Shown piece by piece: positions 36,616 to 46,843 of a DNA stretch of 58,354 nt. Position 1 is the first letter of the stretch. Every line of letters begins with the position of its first letter. Origin of the DNA: Vicinamibacterales bacterium (GTDB taxonomy: Bacteria; Acidobacteriota; Vicinamibacteria; Vicinamibacterales; JAMQPK01); the NCBI GenBank assembly GCA_036556585.1, contig DATBJG010000321.1, positions 1 through 58,354 on the forward strand, written 5' to 3'. Made by a program: the position numbers and the translations under genes. The notes beneath the pieces were generated by a model that was given only the letters and a program-made list of their open reading frames with translations, did no database searches and had not been told where the DNA came from.

Positions 36616-37659
36616 GTGATCACGAGGCGCGCGTCATGGTTGGTTCGTTGTGTCCTCGTGGTCGCCAGTCTGGCCGTACCTGCGAGTCACGCCGGAGCCT
36701 CCACACAAAGTACGTCGTCAAAGCCCACCGCCAAGTCCAGTACTAAAGCCAAGAAATCCACATCGCGACAGCGAGCAAGTTCTCGGGCGCGCCGAGCGGC
36801 TGCACGACGTGCGCAAGCTGCTCGAACACTGCGCGAAGCCTCGACGCCAAAGTATCGCGTCGATGAGATCACGGGCGCACTCGTGCCCGACCTGCGCGCT
36901 GATGCGGCAATCATTTACGACGTGAAGACCGGAGAGGTCCTCTGGGAGCAGAACGCACAGGATCAGCGGTCGATTGCGAGCATCACCAAGGTCATGACCG
37001 CCGTCGTGTTCCTCGAGGGTAATCCGGATCTCACGCAGGAAGTGGTCATCGCGCGCGACGACATGCGGGGGGCGTCGACGACCTTCCTGCGCTTGAACGA
37101 GCGTGTGAAATTTGATGATCTTCTGCACCTCACGCTGATCCCGTCGGACAACGCGGCCGCCAGGGCTTTGGCGCGGACGTATCCTGGTGGTATGCCGGCA
37201 TTTGTGGACCGCATGAACCAGAAAGCCCTGGATCTCGGTCTCCAGAACACGCACTATGCCGACCCCTCGGGACTGAGCTCGGACAATGTTTCCTCGGCGT
37301 ACGACATGGCTCGGCTTATCACGTATGCCGCGTCCAACGACAAGATTGCCAGCGTGATGCGCACCGCGGAGTACACGTTTGGCACCAGCCGGCGAAACCG
37401 TGTCACGGTGCGCAATACCAATCAGCTGGTCCGTCAGGGTGACGTGGACGTGCTCGGCGGCAAGACCGGCTTCATCCGCAAGGCGGGCTACTGCCTGGCC
37501 ACGCTACTGCGGCTTCCCGAAGGCGGCCCCGAAATTGCCGTGGTCGTCCTCGGCGCTCGGTCGAACGTCGGACGCTTCTGGGAAACCCGGCATCTGTTCA
37601 ACTGGTTCGCCCAGAACACCCGCAGCCTCTTCTCAACGTCGATTCCGCAAGAAGAATAG
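36616..37659 (+). CDS. D-alanyl-D-alanine carboxypeptidase (peptidase S11, PBP5/6-like)
   Basis: SIASITK (SxxK), PSDN (SxN) and GGKTGF (KTG). Start trimmed to GTG 36616, which follows a GGAGGA RBS. Confidence 0.88.
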   Translation: MITRRASWLVRCVLVVASLAVPASHAGASTQSTSSKPTAKSSTKAKKSTSRQRASSRARRAAARRAQAARTLREASTPKYRVDEITGALVPDLRADAAIIYDVKTGEVLWEQNAQDQRSIASITKVMTAVVFLEGNPDLTQEVVIARDDMRGASTTFLRLNERVKFDDLLHLTLIPSDNAAARALARTYPGGMPAFVDRMNQKALDLGLQNTHYADPSGLSSDNVSSAYDMARLITYAASNDKIASVMRTAEYTFGTSRRNRVTVRNTNQLVRQGDVDVLGGKTGFIRKAGYCLATLLRLPEGGPEIAVVVLGARSNVGRFWETRHLFNWFAQNTRSLFSTSIPQEE

Positions 37660-37688
37660 ACTTCTGTCTTCTGGCTTCTGTCTTCTGA
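37650..37688. repeat. heptanucleotide array GTCTTCT type (complement of the GAAGAC family)
   Basis: gacttct gtcttct ggcttct gtcttct, between convergent stops. Confidence 0.8.
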
Positions 37689-37699
37689 CACGCTCTTAG

Positions 37700-38566
37700 T
37701 TACCCCAGATATCCCTTCTGAATTGCCGCGGCGTCGAGCGGAAGTGTAGCCACGGAGTCCACGGCCAGAAGGGCACCGCGGGCGGCGTTGCGACCGTCGA
37801 ATGCTTTGAGATAGCGATGGCAGACGTCGCAGCCGTACAAGCGATAGCGACCGTCGCGGCTGGCAAAGGACGTAATCCGCGTCCGGTCGTGGTTGTCGCA
37901 GAACGGACAGGCCAGGGGATGGAAATGCCACGACCCTGTGCAGCGTCCGCAGAGCAGCAGGCGATCGGCTGCCGGCGTGATGGCAGCAAATTCCGGTTCA
38001 CCCCCACACAACGGGCATCGGGCGGCGTCCCAGCCCGCCAGATCGAGCTGCGGCAGCAGGGTTTCCGCACACCGCGCCAGGAAAGGTCGCATCGCAAGCG
38101 ACAGAACCTGGTCGAGCATGCCGGTGGAGTCGGCAGGCGCGGATGCCGAGTTGCCGGTGGCCGTTGACTGATACCACCGCTGAACGATCTGCTGAAACTG
38201 TTCGGGCTGGCGCGCAATAGCATGCAACGTCATGCTGCCTTCCTCGTCGAGCGAATCAAACCGTCTCAGGATATCGACCGTCTGTCGCACCATCAGCCTC
38301 ATCTCCGTCCAGTCGAGCGGGATCTCTTCGAAGGCAAGAAGCGGTCTGCGATCGGCCACGTGCCGTTGCACGCGCGCCTGATCGATCCGATGGGTGGGGA
38401 TGGGGACCCGGGACTGGACGCGACGCTGCAGCTCGACGAGAGCCAGCTGCATGTCAATGGCCGAACTCAACTCAGGATGAGTGTCTTTCAGCTTCTTGAG
38501 TTCGAGGACTTCACGGGATTCGGTTCGTGGCGGGCGCTGTGGCCGATTCTGATGCGGTTGATGCAC
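37700..38566 (-). CDS. fdhE: FdhE-like protein (formate dehydrogenase accessory protein family, four CxxC pairs)
   Basis: RCPLCGG...LLCGRCTGSW...ACPFCDN...LYGCDVCHRYLK. The track ORF extends antisense into glgA; trimmed to GTG 38566. Confidence 0.8.
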   Translation of the reverse strand: MHQPHQNRPQRPPRTESREVLELKKLKDTHPELSSAIDMQLALVELQRRVQSRVPIPTHRIDQARVQRHVADRRPLLAFEEIPLDWTEMRLMVRQTVDILRRFDSLDEEGSMTLHAIARQPEQFQQIVQRWYQSTATGNSASAPADSTGMLDQVLSLAMRPFLARCAETLLPQLDLAGWDAARCPLCGGEPEFAAITPAADRLLLCGRCTGSWHFHPLACPFCDNHDRTRITSFASRDGRYRLYGCDVCHRYLKAFDGRNAARGALLAVDSVATLPLDAAAIQKGYLG

Positions 38567-38671
38567 CCCGCGATTCTCGTTCAGGTAGCGGTGGGAAGCA
38601 ATGCGGTTAGAGTGTCCCCGCCATGCTACACTCCGAAGTTCAGGTCCCTGCCGTAAGGCGACACCAGGTCC

Positions 38672-40186
38672 ATGCCGAAGCGCCGACCATCGCGCGTTCC
38701 CAAGCCCGACGCTGTGCCGCGATCCGTGACGTTCGTGGGGTCCGAGGTCCTGCCGTTTGCGAAGACCGGCGGTCTGGCAGACGTCCTGTCGGGGCTGCCT
38801 CGGGCCTTGGGTCGTCTGGGGTACGACGTGACCGTGGTGATGCCACGGTACAAGGGGATCGATGCAGGCGTCTGGACTGGCCGGCTTCGGGTGCCGTTGC
38901 CGGGCTCGCCGCCTGAAGCGGATATCTGGGAACAGGAGATCGCGGCAAACGTCCGGATGACGTTCATCGACTGCCCGACTTTCTACGATCGTGACACGCT
39001 CTACGGAGAGGGAAACGACGACTACGCCGACAACCCGCGTCGGTTTGCCTTTCTCGCCCTCGCCGCACTCGAGTACGCCGCACAGCAGTCGCATCCACCA
39101 GACGTCATTCACGCGCACGATTGGCAGTGCGGGCTCGTGCCGGTGTATCTCCGGGCGCGGCCGGGGTCATTCGAGACCTTGGCAAACACCGCAACCGTCT
39201 TCACGATTCACAATCTGGCCTACCAGGGGCTCTGTGCATCGGACTGGATGCCACGGCTCGGGTTGGACTGGAGTCTGTTCGGCCTCAATGGACTGGAGTA
39301 TTGGGGACGCGTCAGCTTTCTCAAGGGTGGGATCAACTTCTGCGATCTCGTAACCACGGTCAGCCCGACCTATGCGCGGGAGATTCAAACCCCTGAATAC
39401 GGGTTCGGGTTCGAAGGGATCCTGGCCAGACGATCGGGGGATCTGGTTGGGATCGTGAATGGCATCGATGCGGAATGTTGGAATCCCTCGCGGGATCGAC
39501 ATCTGCCTCGGCCGTACACGGCGTCGACAGTCACCGCGGGAAAGCGTGAGGCCAAACGCGTCGTCCTCGAACGTTACGGACTTGCTGGCGATGAGCAGAC
39601 ATTGAGCCGGCCATTGATTGGGATGATTTCCAGGATGGTCGACCAGAAGGGATTGGATATCCTGACTGCGCTCGGCGACGAGCTCGCGCGACTCGGTGCG
39701 TCACTGGTCGTCCTCGGCACCGGGGATGGACGCTACGAGAACTTCTGGAGGGACATCGCGACAAGGCACCCTGCGAAGGTCGGGGCCAGGATTGGGTTCG
39801 ACGAGTCACTCGCGCACCTCATCGAGGCGGGCGCGGACATGTTCCTGATGCCGTCGCGGTTCGAGCCGTGCGGGCTCAACCAGATGTACAGCCTCCGGTA
39901 CGGGACGGTTCCTATCGTCCGGGCGACTGGGGGTCTGGACGACACGGTTCGAGACGTCGGGCCGCAGAATTCTGAAGGAAATGGCTTCAAGTTCACGCCG
40001 TACTCTTCGGCCGCGCTACGCGGCGCCGTTGAGCGGGCCCTGACCGCCTACCCGGACCGCCGGACTTGGAAGCTGCTACAGGCCAGAGGGATGCGGGAGG
40101 ATTTTTCCTGGGACAGATCGGCCGACGAGTACGTCAAACTGTATGAGCGGGCGATCGCCAGCCGTCGGGTCGCGGTTATGACGTAG
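38672..40186 (+). CDS. glgA: glycogen synthase (ADP-glucose type)
   Basis: FVGSEVLPFAKTGGLADV signature, GT5 length, C-terminal SWDRSADEY. Confidence 0.92.
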   Translation: MPKRRPSRVPKPDAVPRSVTFVGSEVLPFAKTGGLADVLSGLPRALGRLGYDVTVVMPRYKGIDAGVWTGRLRVPLPGSPPEADIWEQEIAANVRMTFIDCPTFYDRDTLYGEGNDDYADNPRRFAFLALAALEYAAQQSHPPDVIHAHDWQCGLVPVYLRARPGSFETLANTATVFTIHNLAYQGLCASDWMPRLGLDWSLFGLNGLEYWGRVSFLKGGINFCDLVTTVSPTYAREIQTPEYGFGFEGILARRSGDLVGIVNGIDAECWNPSRDRHLPRPYTASTVTAGKREAKRVVLERYGLAGDEQTLSRPLIGMISRMVDQKGLDILTALGDELARLGASLVVLGTGDGRYENFWRDIATRHPAKVGARIGFDESLAHLIEAGADMFLMPSRFEPCGLNQMYSLRYGTVPIVRATGGLDDTVRDVGPQNSEGNGFKFTPYSSAALRGAVERALTAYPDRRTWKLLQARGMREDFSWDRSADEYVKLYERAIASRRVAVMT

Positions 40187-40278
40187 GCCGGACCCTTAAG
40201 TCCGGCATCCCGGCTGTGCAAGCAGCGTATTTTAGAGCAACCGTAGAGGGGGTCTTCAGACCCGCCTAGGGAGAGGGC

Positions 40279-40611
40279 ATGGCTTCTGACAACGTACAGA
40301 CGATCACGGACGGGAACTTCGAGGACACGGTGCTGAAGGCGTCAAAACCGGTGCTGGTGGATTTCTGGGCCGAGTGGTGCGGCCCCTGCCGACGCCTGGC
40401 GCCCACAGTGGATGCGTTGGCCGGTGAGCTGGCAGGCAGGCTCACGGTTGGCAAGCTCAACGTGGACGAGAATCCGTACACGGCCGGACGATTCAGCATT
40501 CGTGGGATTCCAACCCTGCTGTTGTTCAAGGGTGGGCAGATCGTCGAGTCCGTTGTGGGTCTGGCTGACAAGGATCAGTTGAAGCAGGTCATCGAGCCTC
40601 ATCTGTCATGA
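40279..40611 (+). CDS. trxA: thioredoxin
   Basis: VDFWAEWCGPCRRLAP active site, 110 aa. Confidence 0.95.
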   Translation: MASDNVQTITDGNFEDTVLKASKPVLVDFWAEWCGPCRRLAPTVDALAGELAGRLTVGKLNVDENPYTAGRFSIRGIPTLLLFKGGQIVESVVGLADKDQLKQVIEPHLS

Positions 40612-41600
40612 ACGCTCCGCGCAACGTCATCATTATTGGTTCGGGGCCAGCGGGCCTCACCGCGGCTCTTTACGCGGCCCGCGCGAACCTGTCGCCTCTT
40701 GTCATCGAAGGACTCGACGCCGGCGGGCAACTCATGCTGACAACGGCCGTCGACAACTTCCCGGGCTTCAGGGACGGCATCCTGGGACCGGACTTGATGG
40801 CCGAAATGCGCGCTCAGGCCGAGAGGTTTGGGACCGAGATTGTGCAGGGTTCGGTGACGAAGGTCGATGTCAGGCGTCCTCCTTATACCGTGACCACCTC
40901 GTCCTCCTCCTATTCGGCGCTTTCGTTGATTATTGCCACCGGCGCTTCGGCACGGCTGCTGGGGTTGCCATCCGAACGGACACTGATGGGGCATGGTGTC
41001 TCAACGTGCGCAACCTGCGACGGGTACTTCTTCCGTGGGCGGCCCATTGCGGTCGTGGGGGGCGGTGACTCCGCCCTCGAGGAAGCGACGTTTCTGTCGA
41101 AGTTCGCTTCGCACGTCACGGTCATTCACCGCCGCGACAAACTGCGCGCGTCGAAGATCATGCAGGACAAGGCGTTCGCCAACCCGAAGATCTCGTTCGT
41201 CTGGGACACGGTCGTTGAAGACGTTCACGACGCCGCAAAAGGCGAGGTCACGGGTCTGACGCTGAAGCACGTGGACACGGGAGCTCGCAGCGAGCTCGCA
41301 GTCGACGGGTTGTTTGTGGCGATCGGCCACACCCCCAACACATCGTTTTTCGCCAATCAGCTGGAGATGGACGCCAACGGGTACATCGTCACGCGCACGG
41401 GCACGCGAACGAGCGTGGCGGGCGTGTTTGCCTGCGGTGACGTGCAGGATCACGTCTATCGTCAAGCCATCACCGCAGCCGGCTCCGGTTGCATGGCGGC
41501 TATCGATGCCGAGAAGTACCTCGAGGGCATACCGCATACCGAGACCCATCAGAAGCCATCAGCCATCAGCCATCAGCCTTCAGCTAAGGCTGGCACCTAA
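40608..41600 (+). CDS. trxB: thioredoxin-disulfide reductase
   Basis: IIIGSGPAGLTAA, redox CATCDG, GGGDSALEEA. ATGA overlap with trxA. The last ~17 codons lie in a heptamer array. Confidence 0.93.
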   Translation: MNAPRNVIIIGSGPAGLTAALYAARANLSPLVIEGLDAGGQLMLTTAVDNFPGFRDGILGPDLMAEMRAQAERFGTEIVQGSVTKVDVRRPPYTVTTSSSSYSALSLIIATGASARLLGLPSERTLMGHGVSTCATCDGYFFRGRPIAVVGGGDSALEEATFLSKFASHVTVIHRRDKLRASKIMQDKAFANPKISFVWDTVVEDVHDAAKGEVTGLTLKHVDTGARSELAVDGLFVAIGHTPNTSFFANQLEMDANGYIVTRTGTRTSVAGVFACGDVQDHVYRQAITAAGSGCMAAIDAEKYLEGIPHTETHQKPSAISHQPSAKAGT

Positions 41601-41630
41601 GCTGAAGGCTGAAGGCTGACAGCTGAAGGC
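41547..41630. repeat. heptanucleotide array CAGCCAT/CAGCCTT followed by complementary TGAAGGC units (hairpin across the trxB stop)
   Basis: agccttcagctaagg (41575-41589) pairs with cctaagctgaaggct (41596-41610) with one central mismatch. Confidence 0.85.
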
Positions 41631-41645
41631 TGTTATAATCAATAC

Positions 41646-42002
41646 ATGTGGACGAAAATGATGGGTGGTCCTCGGAAAAAGGCTCCGAAGACCATTGCGG
41701 TCATCGACCCCGACCGCTGTTTTGGGGCATTCGCCTGTTCGATCTGTCAAGCGGCGTGTCCCGTTGCCGGATGCATTGTCGAAGAGCCAGACCGGGATGG
41801 CCGAATGGTTTGCGCCGTGCGTGCCGACCTCTGTATCGGCTGCGGTCTGTGTGTCACGTTGGGAAATCCTACCGCTCCCCAACAGCGGGAGTTTGGCTGC
41901 CCCGCGGATTACGACGCGATTGACATGATGCCGTTCGAGGACGTCGTCAAGGCGATCCAGGAAGCTGAAAAGGCTGGAAAAGTCGGCGCGGTGGCATCGT
42001 AA
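41646..42002 (+). CDS. 4Fe-4S dicluster ferredoxin-like protein
   Basis: CSICQAACP and CIGCGLC motifs. Confidence 0.8.
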   Translation: MWTKMMGGPRKKAPKTIAVIDPDRCFGAFACSICQAACPVAGCIVEEPDRDGRMVCAVRADLCIGCGLCVTLGNPTAPQQREFGCPADYDAIDMMPFEDVVKAIQEAEKAGKVGAVAS

Positions 42003-42007
42003 AAAAC

Positions 42008-42109
42008 CAGAATACAGAATACAGAATACAGAACGGGAATTCGGAAGCCGGGTTTCTCAAACTCCTCTTCTGTATTCCACATTCTGTATTCTGAATTTGG
42101 TATTCTTCT
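42008..42109. repeat. inverted pair of CAGAATA heptamer arrays (imperfect hairpin: 13 bp + 3-nt bubble + 10 bp)
   Basis: cagaata x3 then cagaacg ... ttctgta ttccaca ttctgta ttctgaa. Fills the gap between convergent stops. Confidence 0.88.
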
Positions 42110-42114
42110 TTTTC

Positions 42115-43722
42115 CTACATCCGAAACACTCCAAACCGGGGAAGTCCCATCGGCGCGTTGAATGCGGCGCCGAGGCCGAGGGCGAGAGCCTGTCTCGTCT
42201 CGGCGGGGTCCAGAATTCCATCGTCCCAGATCCGCGCGGTTGAGAAGTACGGCGATCCTTCCCGTTCGTACTGCTGCAGGATGGGATCGCGGATGGCGGC
42301 TTCTTCTTCCGTTGTGGGTGTCCGGCCTTCCCGCGCGAGCTGGTCACGTTTGACCGTCGTGAGAACCCCCGCGGCCTGCTCAGCGCCCATCACTGAAATG
42401 CGTGCGTTGGGCCACATCCAAAGCAGCCTGGGCTCGTAGGCGCGTCCGCACATGCCGTAGTTACCGGCGCCAAACGATCCGCCAATGATGACCGTGAACT
42501 TCGGGACGACCGAATTGGCGACCGCGTGCACCATCTTGGCGCCATCCTTCGCAATGCCACCCCGTTCGTACTGCTTGCCGACCATGAAGCCGGTGATGTT
42601 CTGCAGAAAGATCAGCGGCACGCCGCGCAAGTTGCACAGCTCGATAAAATGCGTGGCCTTGAGAGCGGATTCTGAGAAGAGCACGCCATTATTGGCAATG
42701 ACTCCAACCAGAAAGCCATGCAGCCGCGCGAAGCCCGTCACGAGCGTCTGACCGTAACGCTGCTTGAATTCGTCAAATCGGGAGCCATCAACCATCCGCG
42801 CAATCACCTCGCGGACGTCGTACGTCTTCCGCAGGTCGGCGCTGACAACGCCATAGATTTCGCGAGGGTCGTAGCGTGGTTCTTCCGGTGACGTGACATC
42901 GACCGGCAGAAACTTGGACGTGTTGAGTGTTGACACAATCGTGCGCGCCAGCGTCAGCGCGTGGGCATCATCTTCAGCCATGTAGTCGGCCACGCCCGAC
43001 ACGCGTGTATGGACGTCGGCCCCGCCGAGATCTTCGGCGGTCACTTCCTCACCGGTCGCGGCTTTCACGAGCGGTGGGCCGCCCAGGAAAATCGTGCCGG
43101 TTCCCTTGACGATGATCGTTTCGTCGGACATGGCTGGGACGTAGGCCCCGCCCGCCGTGCACGAGCCCATCACGACAGCAATTTGAGCGATCGCCTCGGC
43201 GGACATCCGGGCCTGATTGAAAAAGATCCGCCCGAAATGGTCCCGATCCGGGAACACGTCTGCCTGAAGAGGAAGGAACGCCCCACCGGAATCCACCAGA
43301 TACACGCACGGCAGCCGATTCTCGAGCGCGATTTGCTGCGCGCGCAGATGTTTCTTGACGGTGATCGGGTAGTAGGTGCCGCCTTTGACCGTCGCATCGT
43401 TGGCAACGATCATGACTTCCCGTCCTGAGACGCGTCCGATCCCCGTTACCAGCCCAGCGGCGGCAGGAGCGTCGTCGTACATCGCGAAAGCCGCCAGCGG
43501 TGAGAGCTCCAGAAACGGAGACTGAGGATCGAGCAGCCGATCGATACGTTCGCGGACCGGCAGCTTGCCTTGAGAGCGGTGACGCTCGAGGGACTTCGGA
43601 CCTCCCCCGTCGCGGGCAGTCGCCAGACGTGCGTTGAGCTCGGCGACGAGATGCCCCATGCGTTCCGCGTTGTGGCGGAATTCCGGGCTGTCGGTACGAA
43701 TGCTGGTGTGCAGGACCTCCAT
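42115..43722 (-). CDS. acyl-CoA carboxylase carboxyltransferase (beta) subunit, methylcrotonoyl-CoA carboxylase-like
   Basis: [26 protein letters not shown]..., two crotonase-like halves. Start trimmed to MEVLHT. Confidence 0.9.
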   Translation of the reverse strand: MEVLHTSIRTDSPEFRHNAERMGHLVAELNARLATARDGGGPKSLERHRSQGKLPVRERIDRLLDPQSPFLELSPLAAFAMYDDAPAAAGLVTGIGRVSGREVMIVANDATVKGGTYYPITVKKHLRAQQIALENRLPCVYLVDSGGAFLPLQADVFPDRDHFGRIFFNQARMSAEAIAQIAVVMGSCTAGGAYVPAMSDETIIVKGTGTIFLGGPPLVKAATGEEVTAEDLGGADVHTRVSGVADYMAEDDAHALTLARTIVSTLNTSKFLPVDVTSPEEPRYDPREIYGVVSADLRKTYDVREVIARMVDGSRFDEFKQRYGQTLVTGFARLHGFLVGVIANNGVLFSESALKATHFIELCNLRGVPLIFLQNITGFMVGKQYERGGIAKDGAKMVHAVANSVVPKFTVIIGGSFGAGNYGMCGRAYEPRLLWMWPNARISVMGAEQAAGVLTTVKRDQLAREGRTPTTEEEAAIRDPILQQYEREGSPYFSTARIWDDGILDPAETRQALALGLGAAFNAPMGLPRFGVFRM

Positions 43723-43724
43723 GC

Positions 43725-43766
43725 GGAAGAATATAGAAGAAAGAAGACGGAAGACGGAAGACAGAA
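43725..43766. repeat. heptanucleotide array GAAGAA/GACGGAA type, 6 units
   Basis: ggaagaa tatagaa gaaagaa gacggaa gacggaa gacagaa. Fills almost the whole 51-bp divergent intergenic region. Confidence 0.85.
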
Positions 43767-43773
43767 TTTGGAC

Positions 43774-44664
43774 ATGTCTTTCATTGTCGAGCGCGTGACC
43801 CTCTACCTGCGGCTGACGTCGGCGGCGGCCTGGCATGCGCTCAAGAGGTTCTACAGCGGTCATGACCTCACTTATGCGGCGTCAATTGCCTACTGGGCGC
43901 TGCTTTCCCTGTTTCCGTTCCTGCTGTTGATCATGTCACTTGTTGGCGCTGCCACGGCGGAAGACGCAGATCGAACGGCGGTCATCCAGTTCGCGCTCGA
44001 CTACTTTCCCACGCGAGTGGAATTCGTTACCCGGCAGCTCGATGCTTTCCGACAGACGCCGCTGCAACTTGGGATTGCCGGCGTTGCTGGCCTCACCTGG
44101 GCTTCGTTGGGCTTTTTCGGATCTGTAAGCACGGCGGTGAACTACGCCTGGGGAGTCGAGACCCCTCGAAGCTTCCTGAAGCACCGGCTGTTTGCGTTCC
44201 TGATGCTGGTGACGGCCGGCCTGATGTTCGTCGTGGCAATGGTCATGGTGAGCGCGGTGCCAATCATCGAGGCTTCCTGGTTTGCTCAGGTTCTTTCGCG
44301 CTTCCCAGGATTGTTGGTGCTCCAGAGCCTGGCGGCGCGGTGGATTTCGACCGTGCTGCTCATCATCGTTCTGGGGTTCATCTACTATTTCGTCCCGAAT
44401 GCCAAGGTCCGCTTCCGACACGTCTGGGTGGGCGCCGTCTTGACCGGGTTCGTCTGGCGGGCCGCATTTGCCGGGTTCTCGTGGTACATCGGCGACGTGT
44501 CGGAGCTGAGCCGGATCCACGGATCCATTGCGGCCGTCGTCATTTTCCTGTTCTGGATTTATGTCTCCGCCGTCATCCTGCTGTACGGCGTGCAGTTCAC
44601 GGCCGCTTACGGACGGTTGAGGAGCGGCCACCGGCTGGAAGCAGCCGTAGAGGAAACTGAATGA
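43774..44664 (+). CDS. YihY/BrkB family membrane protein
   Basis: Start trimmed to [26 protein letters not shown] and a C-terminal [16 protein letters not shown]. Confidence 0.85.
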   Translation: MSFIVERVTLYLRLTSAAAWHALKRFYSGHDLTYAASIAYWALLSLFPFLLLIMSLVGAATAEDADRTAVIQFALDYFPTRVEFVTRQLDAFRQTPLQLGIAGVAGLTWASLGFFGSVSTAVNYAWGVETPRSFLKHRLFAFLMLVTAGLMFVVAMVMVSAVPIIEASWFAQVLSRFPGLLVLQSLAARWISTVLLIIVLGFIYYFVPNAKVRFRHVWVGAVLTGFVWRAAFAGFSWYIGDVSELSRIHGSIAAVVIFLFWIYVSAVILLYGVQFTAAYGRLRSGHRLEAAVEETE

Positions 44665-46805
44665 ATCGCCTGGCCACCGAGCAAAGTCCGTATCTTCTTC
44701 AGCATGCCGACAATCCTGTGGACTGGTATCCGTGGGGCGACGAGGCATTCGACAAGTCGCGTCGCGAGGACCGACCGATCTTCCTGTCGATTGGGTACTC
44801 GACCTGTCACTGGTGCCACGTCATGGCGCACGAATCTTTCGAAAATCCCGAAATAGCCGGGATCTTGAACCGCGAGTTCGTGTCCATCAAGGTCGATCGC
44901 GAGGAGCGTCCCGATATCGACCATGTGTACATGACGTTCGTCCAGGCCACGACCGGCTCGGGCGGCTGGCCAATGAGTGTCTGGCTGACTCCGGACCTCA
45001 AGCCGTTCTTCGGCGGGACCTATTTCCCTCCGAGAGCGGCGTGGGGGAGGGCAGGTTTTCCGGAGTTGCTCACTGAGATTGCCCGGGTCTGGAAGGCTGA
45101 GCGCAGTAACGTACTTGCCTCCGCCGCGACAATCGTGGAGCGCCTTGGTGCCTCTCAGGCGACCGAGCTTGGCGTACAGGTGCCGTCCGCGGAGATGCTC
45201 ACCCAGGGGGTCAGGCAGTTTGCTGGCGCCTTTGACCAGCGACGTGGCGGGTTTGGCGAGGCGCCCAAGTTTCCGCGGACGTCCGAACTCTATTTTCTAC
45301 TTCGCGAACACGTCCGGACGAACAACGACAGCGCGCAGCAGATGGTGCTCAAAACGCTTCATGCAATGGCTGTTGGTGGGATGCGTGACCACATTGGCGG
45401 AGGCTTTCACCGTTACTCGGTTGACGCCGACTGGCGCGTCCCGCACTTCGAAAAGATGTTGTACGACCAGGCTCAGCTTGCCCTGGCCTATCTCGAAGCC
45501 GTGCAGGACTCCGGCGATCAGTTTTTCGGGCAGGTGGCGGAGGATACGTTGCAGTACGTGCGTCGCGAAATGACGGACCCGGCGGGGGGCTTTTATTCAG
45601 CCGAGGATGCCGATAGTGTCCCGCCAGAAGACGCTGCGGATCCACACGCACATAAGAAGGAAGGCGCGTTCTACCTCTGGCGCGAGGAGGAGCTCGTAGA
45701 GCTTCTGGGAGCAGCCGACGCGGACGTGGTTCGCCAGCGTTTCGGAATTCAATCGAATGGCAATGCGCCTCACGATCCGCAGGGCGAGTTCACGGGGAAG
45801 AACCTGCTCTACTTGGCGCGATCTCTTGACGACATTGCGCAAAGTCTCGGCAGGACGCCGGCCGATGTGACAGAAACGCTCGCACGCGCGCGGCTGGCAA
45901 TGTTCGACGCTCGAATACGCAGGCCGCGCCCTCACCTGGACGATAAGGTCCTGACGGCCTGGAATGGCCTGATGATTGCGGCATTCGCACGAGGCGCGCG
46001 CGTACTGGCAGACGACGGCGGCACGGCATCGGGCGCCATCGCTCACCTCGCGACAGCGCAGAATGCGGCGCACTTCGTGCAAAAGGCCTTGTGGAATGCT
46101 GAAACCGGCACGCTGCTTCGACGGTATCGTGACGGTCACGCCGCGATTCCCGCCTATGCCCAGGACTACGCGTTTCTGATCTGGGGACTGCTCGAGCTGT
46201 TTCAGAGTGACGCGAATGCGGAATGGCTCGAATGGGCGCTGGTACTCCAGAAGCGGCAAGATGAGCTGTTCTGGGATTCGGAATCCGGCGGCTGGTTCAG
46301 CACGACAGGGCAGGATGCCTCGGTGCTCTTGCGTATGAAGGAAGACTATGACGGCGCCGAACCATCAGCGACCAGTGTCTCGGTCTACAACCTGCTGACA
46401 ATGGTCCACCTGACCGGCGATGCTGCATTCGCCAATCGAATCGAGCAGGTATTCAGGAGCGTGACGCCCAAGCTGCCACAGCTCGCGAGAGCCATCCCGA
46501 TGATGTTGTCGGCTCTCTCGATGTATCACGCCGGAATGGGTCAGACGGCGATCGTTGGGGCAGCAGGCCACGACGACACAAGACAGCTTTTCGGAGCGCT
46601 CCGGGAATCTTTTCAGCCGTTTTCGGTGATCGTTGGCGTGCGTCCGGGTTCGGATCAAGCCCGCCTGGCTCGCTTGCTTCCGTGGGTGGCCTCGCTGACA
46701 ATGCGTGACGGCAAAGCGACGGCATATGTTTGTCGGGAATTTGTGTGCAAGGAACCGGTCACCTCTCCCGACAGGTTGATCGGCCAGCTGACGTTTGACG
46801 TCTGA
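44661..46805 (+). CDS. thioredoxin-domain protein of the YyaL/DUF255 family (N-terminal Trx-like, C-terminal alpha/alpha toroid)
   Basis: [22 protein letters not shown]...[17 protein letters not shown] overlap with the upstream gene. Confidence 0.9.
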   Translation: MNRLATEQSPYLLQHADNPVDWYPWGDEAFDKSRREDRPIFLSIGYSTCHWCHVMAHESFENPEIAGILNREFVSIKVDREERPDIDHVYMTFVQATTGSGGWPMSVWLTPDLKPFFGGTYFPPRAAWGRAGFPELLTEIARVWKAERSNVLASAATIVERLGASQATELGVQVPSAEMLTQGVRQFAGAFDQRRGGFGEAPKFPRTSELYFLLREHVRTNNDSAQQMVLKTLHAMAVGGMRDHIGGGFHRYSVDADWRVPHFEKMLYDQAQLALAYLEAVQDSGDQFFGQVAEDTLQYVRREMTDPAGGFYSAEDADSVPPEDAADPHAHKKEGAFYLWREEELVELLGAADADVVRQRFGIQSNGNAPHDPQGEFTGKNLLYLARSLDDIAQSLGRTPADVTETLARARLAMFDARIRRPRPHLDDKVLTAWNGLMIAAFARGARVLADDGGTASGAIAHLATAQNAAHFVQKALWNAETGTLLRRYRDGHAAIPAYAQDYAFLIWGLLELFQSDANAEWLEWALVLQKRQDELFWDSESGGWFSTTGQDASVLLRMKEDYDGAEPSATSVSVYNLLTMVHLTGDAAFANRIEQVFRSVTPKLPQLARAIPMMLSALSMYHAGMGQTAIVGAAGHDDTRQLFGALRESFQPFSVIVGVRPGSDQARLARLLPWVASLTMRDGKATAYVCREFVCKEPVTSPDRLIGQLTFDV

Positions 46806-46818
46806 GCTGTCATGCGCT

Positions 46819-46837
46819 AACGACTGACGACTGACAA
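46819..46837. repeat. short CGACTGA heptamer array (complement of the GTCGTCA family)
   Basis: aacgactgacgactgacaa read directly. Confidence 0.6.
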
Positions 46838-46843
46838 CACTCC

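Noticed and set aside
37700-39118. Full-length 472-aa ORF. Similar N-terminal over-extensions occur at 20570-21727, 42115-43863, 43570-44664, 23672-24670, 6051-6758, 7469-7999, 54533-55201 and 26853-27974.
   Set aside because: The extensions overlap neighbouring real genes or heptamer arrays and lack similarity to the family concerned. Internal starts that fit family N-termini and gene spacing were chosen.
43725-43766. GGA-rich purine array as a CsrA-titrating RNA.
   Set aside because: This is pure speculation from repeated GGA triplets. There is no evidence of an independent transcript or of hairpin-presented GGA motifs.
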